Shown one piece after another: positions 57,479 to 64,000 of a DNA stretch of 64,000 nt. Positions within the stretch are counted from its first letter, which is position 1. Each line of letters starts with the position of its first letter. The notes beneath the pieces were generated by a model. The model made no database searches. It was given only the letters and a program-made list of their open reading frames with translations, and was not told the origin of the DNA. The translations under genes were made by a program, and so were the position numbers. The stretch lies in IMG/VR virus record IMGVR_UViG_3300035698_013060, positions 62,001 through 126,000 of that record; one strand, 5' to 3'.

Positions 57479-58693
57479 ATGCTTGATAAGAATAAGAAAA
57501 TCAAAAGGGAAATGCCGAAGGAAGCTGTTGACGCCCTCATGGCGATGTCTCCTTCAGACATTACTCTTACTTACATACGGAGAACTTTCGCCAGGACGAA
57601 TGACGGTCCTCCGTTGGCATCGTTTCAAGACCGGATAACCGTTCCCAAGGGGAAAATCGGAAACGATAGTCCAATCAGGACTAACGCTGGTAGGTATGTC
57701 TTCAATCTGATGGTATTCGAGAAACTAAGAGACCTGGTTCCGTTTGCCAACGAACCATTGAATAGCAAAGTTATCAAAAGGATAGTCGGAAGGGTCACTG
57801 ACCTTCTCCTAGAGGAAAAGATCGACGAGGATATTTACGTCGATTTCATTAACAGAATCAGTTGGTTGGGATACTCTACGGTTACATTCACGGCTCCTGG
57901 TTTTAATATGGAAGACCTCAAGATCCCACCAAAGACCAAGAAGCTCAAGGCGGAGCTGTTAGAGAAGCACAAGGACGCTATTGACCGCGCCGACGTTGAG
58001 GTTGTCTCTATGATAGAGAAAAGACTCATTGCTTCCGCCAGAGAAGAGATGGCGGGATCTTCCATCATGGACTTCTTCGAATCTGGAGCGAGAGGTAGTT
58101 TTGACAACAACTACAAGAACATGGTTCTCATGAGAGGATTGGCTCCCAAGCCTGAAGATCCGAGCAAGTTCGATGTCAGTCTCGGTAATCTGGTTGATGG
58201 ATCTCCACCAGAAGACCAGCACATCGGAGCCAATATCCTGATCAAGGGTGCGGGTGGAAGGGCTATTGAGACCCGTATCAGTGGGTACATTTCCAAGCAG
58301 TTGACCGCCGCATTTCAGGGTGTGTCCCTTGGACCAGACGGTAGCGACTGCCGGACACCAAGAACTCTGTCGGTCAAGCTGACAAAAGAGAACATCAGCA
58401 TGTTCCGGTTCCGGTACGTAATTGATCGGGGAAAACTCGTACTAATAACGAGCGAGAATTCTGAAAAGTATTTAGGGCAGGTCGTTAGGATGCGCTCTCC
58501 TCTGTACTGCGCGGCTCCTGAGATCTGTGAGAAGTGCTTCGGTCGACTCCCTTATATCATCGGTATCAAGAACATAGGGCTAACGTTCAACGGAGTTGGT
58601 GAGAAGTTGAAGGTCCTCTCAATGAAGGCTTTCCATGATACGACAGTACAAGTCGGGAAGATCGACCTAGAAGCGGCTATCTCAAAGGCATAA
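57479..58693 (+). CDS. rpoC: RNA polymerase beta' C-terminal part (virion-RNAP type)
   Basis: SGARGS, bridge helix AIETRISGYISKQL, DCRT, RSPLYC...CEKCFG, trigger loop GEKLKVLSMKAFH. Confidence 0.9.
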   Translation: MLDKNKKIKREMPKEAVDALMAMSPSDITLTYIRRTFARTNDGPPLASFQDRITVPKGKIGNDSPIRTNAGRYVFNLMVFEKLRDLVPFANEPLNSKVIKRIVGRVTDLLLEEKIDEDIYVDFINRISWLGYSTVTFTAPGFNMEDLKIPPKTKKLKAELLEKHKDAIDRADVEVVSMIEKRLIASAREEMAGSSIMDFFESGARGSFDNNYKNMVLMRGLAPKPEDPSKFDVSLGNLVDGSPPEDQHIGANILIKGAGGRAIETRISGYISKQLTAAFQGVSLGPDGSDCRTPRTLSVKLTKENISMFRFRYVIDRGKLVLITSENSEKYLGQVVRMRSPLYCAAPEICEKCFGRLPYIIGIKNIGLTFNGVGEKLKVLSMKAFHDTTVQVGKIDLEAAISKA

Positions 58694-58751
58694 CATTCAA
58701 TCAGGGAAAACGAGCAGACCAAGCACCAATGAAAAACAGGAGCATAGAAAA

Positions 58752-59069
58752 ATGGCTGCACGAAACATGAAGTTGAAGCTGTACACTGACGTCAACGGGA
58801 TGTGGCGCATACGGATCAAAGCCGGTAACGGTAAGGTTCTTGCGCGGACGCCGAGAGGTTACGACAAGAGGGAAAAGCTGGTCGAGAACATGAATTTTGT
58901 TCTTTCCAAGCAGTTCGACGTAGAACCCTACCTTGACGCTGCTGGAGAGTATCGCTGGCGCTTTAAGAATGCCGAAGGTGAGATCATCCTTATATCCTCT
59001 GAAGGCTATACCGACAAAGGACACTGCCAACGGATGTCTGACCAGGTTCTAGACGCTGAAAGAGCCTAA
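58752..59069 (+). CDS. YegP/DUF1508 tandem-domain protein
   Basis: WRIRIKAGNGKVLA; YRWRFKNAEGEII..SEGY. Confidence 0.85.
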   Translation: MAARNMKLKLYTDVNGMWRIRIKAGNGKVLARTPRGYDKREKLVENMNFVLSKQFDVEPYLDAAGEYRWRFKNAEGEIILISSEGYTDKGHCQRMSDQVLDAERA

Positions 59070-59093
59070 TCTCTACGAAAAGAGGGATTTTGA

Positions 59094-59119
59094 AGCCCCT
59101 ACCCAATGGGTAGGGGCCT
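59094..59119. terminator. Hairpin between convergent genes
   Basis: gcccctaccc-aat-gggtaggggc. Confidence 0.75.
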
Positions 59120-59185
59120 CATCTACCGTGAATAATGAAAACGAACTTTCATATTACGGTTGTAACAATCGTGCAATCCCCCTTT

Positions 59186-59689
59186 TTAATTCTCCTCTTT
59201 GACCTTGGCTCTGTTAGCTCTAGCGATCTGTTTGAACCTAGCCTGTCTGTCCATGTCAGCGAACTTGACATCGTTCAATCCAAGGACCTTGACCATGACG
59301 GCAGTATATACTACGTTGGAGGCGAACACAATTATTCCCTCTCTTCCACGGAAATACCTGGAGAGAGTTGCGATGTATATATTCGACATCTCTTCCATAA
59401 GTTCTTGAACGATCTCAATGGACATCTTCTCGATAACGTCATCCCTGAGGAATCCTGTTTTCTTCTGGTCCAACTTGCTCTTTGCCGTATATTGGACCTT
59501 CGTACTAATCTTGACGTCTATCAAGAACATCAGGGTTTCCATGTCTTTACTGAAGTCCAACTTGGGAGGAGGTATCCTAACCTTTGGTACACCCTTACGT
59601 TGAAGGAAGGTCTGAAGAAGTAGAATTCCAGTGATAACGCACCCCCAGAATTCGATCGAACCTGAAAACTGTCTAAGAATCTCAGTCAT
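59186..59689 (-). CDS. Membrane-anchored hypothetical protein
   Basis: N-terminal TM helix; GGAG RBS; AACATCGAATTT upstream. Confidence 0.7.
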   Translation of the reverse strand: MTEILRQFSGSIEFWGCVITGILLLQTFLQRKGVPKVRIPPPKLDFSKDMETLMFLIDVKISTKVQYTAKSKLDQKKTGFLRDDVIEKMSIEIVQELMEEMSNIYIATLSRYFRGREGIIVFASNVVYTAVMVKVLGLNDVKFADMDRQARFKQIARANRAKVKEEN

Positions 59690-59777
59690 ACTTTCTCTCC
59701 CTGTGTGGGTTCTAACTTTCAATTAGAGACTATCAAATTCGATGTTCGGATGAACTGAAAAACCCGGAGACTCTGAA

Positions 59778-59954
59778 ATGAGCAAAGAAGCGTACGACAT
59801 CCCACCGGAAGCTCTGAACGAGCAGGCCGTGAAGGACGGAGGACTTCAAATCCTCCATGAAGATGGGGCTCCTGTCAAACCCCATATCAACAAACCGAGC
59901 GGTTCACGAAGGTTCAGTCGAGACGAACCTGTGAGGAAGAAAAAACAGACTTGA
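59778..59954 (+). CDS. Small hypothetical protein (58 aa), not in the ORF track
   Basis: GGAG RBS; MSKEAYDIPPEALNE...KKKQT*. Confidence 0.55.
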   Translation: MSKEAYDIPPEALNEQAVKDGGLQILHEDGAPVKPHINKPSGSRRFSRDEPVRKKKQT

Positions 59955-60020
59955 CCACAGCCGGCAAAGTGGTCTGGGACGGCGCATACCCTCCACCGGG
60001 GTATGCGCCCTTCTATCACG

Positions 60021-61325
60021 CTACTCGACTACGACGCCTTCGTCGAAGCTCTCAGCAGTGTACCTCCGCACCATGTAGACGTACGGATTGCATTGAGCCA
60101 GGATTCCGTAGGCTGCCGCCATGGCATTACTCGGCTTGAGAACAGTCATGTTTGGCACAGCACTCGGCATCCGAAGGGAACTCCAGATGTCTTGGTGATG
60201 TCCGTCATCCGGAGGACAACTGATCAATGGCCACTCAGTATGAGCAGCTAAGATCGGCCCAAGTCCGTTGCTCATTCCTGCCACAGCGATTATCACGCCG
60301 TTGCGGTAGTCGAACTTCAAACTCTCCAGCTGTCTGAGACAACTGATTGTAGACTTGTGTCCGGAATCAGAGATTCCAAGGGTCTCGATCCAATCGTTGT
60401 TAGCGACTGGGAAGCCTTCGGTATCATCCTTCTCTGAGCCAGTCCAGATGACCACAACGTCCTTCGTAATGCTGAAGTTCTGAAGGACCTCATTCACCAA
60501 CTGGTATTTGTGAGTGACATCTGAGGCTGTCTCCCCTTGGCGGAAGCACTCCTTCGACATCTCATCCCAGTTCGGAGACCGAAGTCTCCAGCTATCACCG
60601 TCAATGACGTCGCCGATCATCAGTGAAGATCCACCTGTTTGCGGATTGGTCCACCAACCAAACTCGATCTTGAAGTCCACCAGTCGCCACCCAAGAGTAG
60701 CCCACACCCCTTCCAATAGGAGGAACGTGCGGCGAGCGGTTTCTTCGATCAACTTCAGGTGCTTTGGATCGACTGCTGCCTTGACAGATCCTACGTGGGA
60801 TTCCTGACTGACAGGCATCTTCGGATCATGAAGTTTCCATGTCTTGTCGCTCTTGATCTGGATCATCGGATCATCACACGGGAGACTCGCAACTTGCGTG
60901 TTGTCGAAGTCACATTCTCCATCAGTAGTCTTCAAGAACAGCTCATACTCGAGCTTCGAGAAGCGGCGAGGGACCTCTCCAGTCGGGGACAGACGAGGGT
61001 TGCGCTTCAAGTAGCTCCCCACTGCATATCGACGAACCACCACCTCCAAGGGAATCATGTCAAGCTTGTAGGCTCTGAATGACCTCGCATCCACACGCTG
61101 GTCGAAGGCGACCGGAATACCAGCTTTCTTCAGGATATCGAACACCTTGCACGTGATGCTCGTAGCGACTTCTCCTTTACCAGACGCTTTTTCCGTCTGA
61201 CTTGGATCGTCATGCTTCGTCATGTCATCCTTGTTTCTGAGGGTGACGAATCCCCTCCCACCGATGTCGATGACCTGCTTCGTCTTTCCCTCCGAAATGA
61301 TTCCAGATTGTTTTTTCTTTGTCAT
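60021..61325 (-). CDS. purC: Bifunctional SAICAR synthetase / AIR carboxylase (PurC-PurE, PAICS-like)
   Basis: EGKTK, IPLEVVVR, GSYLKRNP, LVDFKIEFG, DVIDGDSWRL; PurE part GSEKD, SGHK, AGMSNGLGP, PLISCPP, DIWSSLRMPS. Confidence 0.92.
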   Translation of the reverse strand: MTKKKQSGIISEGKTKQVIDIGGRGFVTLRNKDDMTKHDDPSQTEKASGKGEVATSITCKVFDILKKAGIPVAFDQRVDARSFRAYKLDMIPLEVVVRRYAVGSYLKRNPRLSPTGEVPRRFSKLEYELFLKTTDGECDFDNTQVASLPCDDPMIQIKSDKTWKLHDPKMPVSQESHVGSVKAAVDPKHLKLIEETARRTFLLLEGVWATLGWRLVDFKIEFGWWTNPQTGGSSLMIGDVIDGDSWRLRSPNWDEMSKECFRQGETASDVTHKYQLVNEVLQNFSITKDVVVIWTGSEKDDTEGFPVANNDWIETLGISDSGHKSTISCLRQLESLKFDYRNGVIIAVAGMSNGLGPILAAHTEWPLISCPPDDGHHQDIWSSLRMPSAVPNMTVLKPSNAMAAAYGILAQCNPYVYMVRRYTAESFDEGVVVE

Positions 61326-61362
61326 GTTTTCTTTCTCTCTTCCTTCCATTGTTTGTGGAATA

Positions 61363-61806
61363 TCATGTGCTGAATTGCAAGCCCTGGATAGCATTCTGCA
61401 GCGTATTTCCTAGCATCCTCTGGATGATCTCCGGAGCACATTCTATCATGAGCTCCTTCATCCTTTCAGATGCAACGTAACTACATTCACTGCCAGATAA
61501 GGATACTAGACCCCATTGGCCTTGCCACTCAGGACTCATGAAGTACGCCTGCATCTTCTCCGTGATCTCATCAACCAAGAGCTGATGTACTATCGTGTCA
61601 AAGGGAGATTTGACGATCTCACAGTTGTACGGGTGATGATTCTGCTTTCTTTCGTGAGACTTGAAGAAGCTGTCGACAGCTGAATGAACCATCTCCCGCC
61701 ACTTATCCTCTGGAACCATCTCAGCGAACTCCAAGCGGATCTTGTCTTTGATCTGCTCCATGAAGTCATCAGGTGCTTCTTTTGCTATCGCCGTTATCTT
61801 AGCCAC
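61363..61806 (-). CDS. Hypothetical protein
   Basis: AAGGA RBS, GTG start. Confidence 0.7.
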   Translation of the reverse strand: MAKITAIAKEAPDDFMEQIKDKIRLEFAEMVPEDKWREMVHSAVDSFFKSHERKQNHHPYNCEIVKSPFDTIVHQLLVDEITEKMQAYFMSPEWQGQWGLVSLSGSECSYVASERMKELMIECAPEIIQRMLGNTLQNAIQGLQFST

Positions 61807-61825
61807 TGTACTTCCTTTCAGTCTC

Positions 61826-62032
61826 CTACTCCTCAGATCTACTTCTTATCAAGCACTCTTTCGGAAAAGGACACTTCCTTTGTTCGTTATTGTTTCTACA
61901 AGTTTTTGCTGCAGCCTTCCAACACTTTTGAGAACATGCGAATCCAGTGTGTTTACATCTTCTAAGCGAGAGGATGTATCCTCCACCAACTATTTTCTTT
62001 CCACATTCGAGACACACATTTTTCATTTTCAT
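61826..62032 (-). CDS. Small Cys-rich protein
   Basis: CLEC...CSQKC. Confidence 0.55.
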   Translation of the reverse strand: MKMKNVCLECGKKIVGGGYILSLRRCKHTGFACSQKCWKAAAKTCRNNNEQRKCPFPKECLIRSRSEE

Positions 62033-62069
62033 CTACTAAAAAGGGTTTAGCTCCTTTCTAGGAGCTGAG

Positions 62070-62381
62070 TCAATGATCCCATCCGTGATACTTTGCGACA
62101 TCGAGTACCACTTTATGCGGAGCTTTCTGCATTGCATCAAAGGCCTTCTTCGCCTTTCTTCTCAACACATTGGCTTTGGATTTCCATCCTCTCGTTGAGG
62201 AGAAAAGCTGCCAGTGTTCCGGTTTAACTACCGGAAAATCTTTCCCTTCTACAGCCTTCCGCATAAGAGCTTCAAAGAAGTGGTCAGGTTCAGTATCACA
62301 AGCACCCCAGTCTGAGTACTTGGTCTGAGCTTCCTCAAACTCATCAATGATTTGTCTCAGTTTCAATTCTGCACTAGCCAC
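62070..62381 (-). CDS. Hypothetical protein
   Basis: GGAGG RBS, GTG start. Confidence 0.7.
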   Translation of the reverse strand: MASAELKLRQIIDEFEEAQTKYSDWGACDTEPDHFFEALMRKAVEGKDFPVVKPEHWQLFSSTRGWKSKANVLRRKAKKAFDAMQKAPHKVVLDVAKYHGWDH

Positions 62382-63003
62382 GCTTTTCCTCCTTGGTTAT
62401 CTCATCAAATGGTACTTCTTTCTCAGTAGTCCAGGTCAAGGAGCATATTTCGTTGTCATCGATCCCGATGAATCTGAACCGAACTTGGTTCAGCTCTCCA
62501 TTGGGACCGACTCTCATCCTGACCAAATCCCATGGGCCGAAGATCGTGTCCCATCTCTCTTTCATCTCATCGTACAGGGGACCACAAGGACTGCTGTTCT
62601 GCATTCCTCCGATCATTCCCTTGACAGCCATGAAGTAGGCTCTTCGGATTCCAGTAGCCAGGAAGAACCGGGCATGCCTGAGAGCCGTCTCATCGTCAGG
62701 AAACTTCCCACACAAATCACACTTCTGGATCTCCAAGCCACGAATGTCGCTGTCGAAGATTCCCCATCCAAGACCCTGACATTCTTCACAGTCGTCAGGA
62801 TCTAAGAGCTTAAGTTCAAGAAGCTCCATCCTGTTGTGGATGGAGTTGATCACTTTCTCTCTGTGGGCTGCCGAGTATGTGAATATCTCATGACCACCAG
62901 AAATCCTGAGTGATCCCATGGTGGTAGCGAGGAGAATCTGTAATTCTGCATATGAAACGTGCATGTAGTACCTCTTTCTAGATCCGTCCAGTTTCCCAGG
63001 CAT
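62374..63003 (-). CDS. Hypothetical protein with zinc ribbon
   Basis: CEEC...IQKCDLC. Confidence 0.7.
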   Translation of the reverse strand: MPGKLDGSRKRYYMHVSYAELQILLATTMGSLRISGGHEIFTYSAAHREKVINSIHNRMELLELKLLDPDDCEECQGLGWGIFDSDIRGLEIQKCDLCGKFPDDETALRHARFFLATGIRRAYFMAVKGMIGGMQNSSPCGPLYDEMKERWDTIFGPWDLVRMRVGPNGELNQVRFRFIGIDDNEICSLTWTTEKEVPFDEITKEEKRG

Positions 63004-63385
63004 GGATTATGCATTCTTTATGTCTTTCGTCCATGGTGTCAACGTCAGAAAAAGGGACCTCCGTTCCATGGTGAACAGCGTCGGCGTTACATACCAGCTT
63101 CTTAGCTAGTGTTTTATCATCCTCTCTTCTTCTTTTAATCTGGAAGTCATTGACCATCTTAGCCACTTTGTTCTTACCAAACTTGGGAAGTTTAGACCAT
63201 TCATTACCAAGAGTACAACGAGCAATCGCAATCTCGATACTGTTTCCAGCACCGAGTTCTTCGTTGTCTTTGTTTCGTCTGACGCGCCACCAGCCACTAA
63301 TGACGGTAGCCCGACAAGTATCAGGATTCCTTCCAACAGCAATAGCTGCTGCTCTAACCATCAATGTGGCTGTGTCTACATTCAT
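62978..63385 (-). CDS. Hypothetical protein
   Basis: AGGAG RBS. Confidence 0.7.
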   Translation of the reverse strand: MNVDTATLMVRAAAIAVGRNPDTCRATVISGWWRVRRNKDNEELGAGNSIEIAIARCTLGNEWSKLPKFGKNKVAKMVNDFQIKRRREDDKTLAKKLVCNADAVHHGTEVPFSDVDTMDERHKECIIHAWETGRI

Positions 63386-63419
63386 ACTACTCTCCTAGTC
63401 GAACTCGTCCTTTTGGTTG

Positions 63420-64000
63420 TTACCTCTTACTCAAGTCCACATCCTGTTTGGTCTTCTTACACCAAACACATCTGTTGCCTCGAAGCCACCGATGTTTACC
63501 AGAAGGGTGTTCCTTACATTCTTCAGTTCGGCGTACTGGAGTCGATCTTGGTTCCTTTGGCTTTTTCATACTACAATGAAGTATGATAGATGGAACTTTC
63601 ATTCCATCTAGAGAGACGACGACCACTAGATCTTCACCCTCGATGGAAACAGTCATCTTGTGCAAGATAACCCCTACGCGACTCAAGAAGGTAGAAAGCC
63701 TATTCCTAACCCATTGGGTATACTTGAGATCATGGATCTCTGCAAAGCTTTCCTTCCAGATCTCCTTCATCTTATTTTCCAAGGCTTGTCTGACCTTGGG
63801 AAACTTTGTCCTAAGTTTCAATTTATCCAAGTTGTCAGTGAATTGTGGAGAATCATCAGGAATATCGTCCACCGGATCCAGAAAACTCTGAGCATCTTCG
63901 ATCTTTTCTTTGTCCACTTCTAGAATGGGTGCATGCGTATTACACAAATTCCTTCGGTGCTTGATTCCAACAGCGTCTAGCTGTCTTTCCAGCCATAACA
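63420..64000 (-). CDS. Hypothetical protein, 5'-truncated by window edge
   Basis: The frame of ORF 63420-63947 stays open to the window end. Confidence 0.65.
   Translation of the reverse strand, partial: LWLERQLDAVGIKHRRNLCNTHAPILEVDKEKIEDAQSFLDPVDDIPDDSPQFTDNLDKLKLRTKFPKVRQALENKMKEIWKESFAEIHDLKYTQWVRNRLSTFLSRVGVILHKMTVSIEGEDLVVVVSLDGMKVPSIILHCSMKKPKEPRSTPVRRTEECKEHPSGKHRWLRGNRCVWCKKTKQDVDLSKR

Noticed and set aside
1-64000. Genome-wide stop-codon reassignment (TAG or TGA)
   Set aside because: Long core genes are intact in code 11, and many end in TAG or TGA followed directly by an RBS and the next start

Overview
This 64 kb window is part of a jumbo tailed phage genome of the PBS1/AR9 (phiKZ-related) type. 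It encodes four subunits of two split multisubunit RNA polymerases. Two are non-virion-type beta' halves (<1-821 and 47638-48993, the latter with the GDFDGD catalytic motif). Two are virion-type: a large beta (24215-28372) and a beta' C-terminal part (57479-58693). Other genes include an SF2 helicase, a class II ribonucleotide reductase, nucleotide-synthesis genes (PyrE and a PAICS-like PurC-PurE fusion), a tail-fibre/RCC1/glycosyltransferase module, baseplate-like genes, a holin, a free-standing homing endonuclease and a cold-shock protein. Two intergenic motifs recur and resemble AR9/phiKZ late (AACA-N4-AT-YR) and early (NATATTAN) promoters. Five observations stand out. (1) At 50-53 kb, two paralogous HNH-like genes bracket two promoter-preceded, highly structured non-coding RNAs: one of about 610 nt, and one of about 210 nt with a terminator/antiterminator switch upstream of the holin. 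(2) There is a volactin-like actin. (3) A family of proteins shares an N-terminal 'M-x-FY(D)...LxE' signal, and two members sit in repeat-bounded cassettes. (4) A tRNA-like RNA has a 27-nt anticodon loop. (5) A tail gene is interrupted by an in-frame TAG. All family assignments come from motifs recognised by eye and from memory; no searches or folding programs were run.
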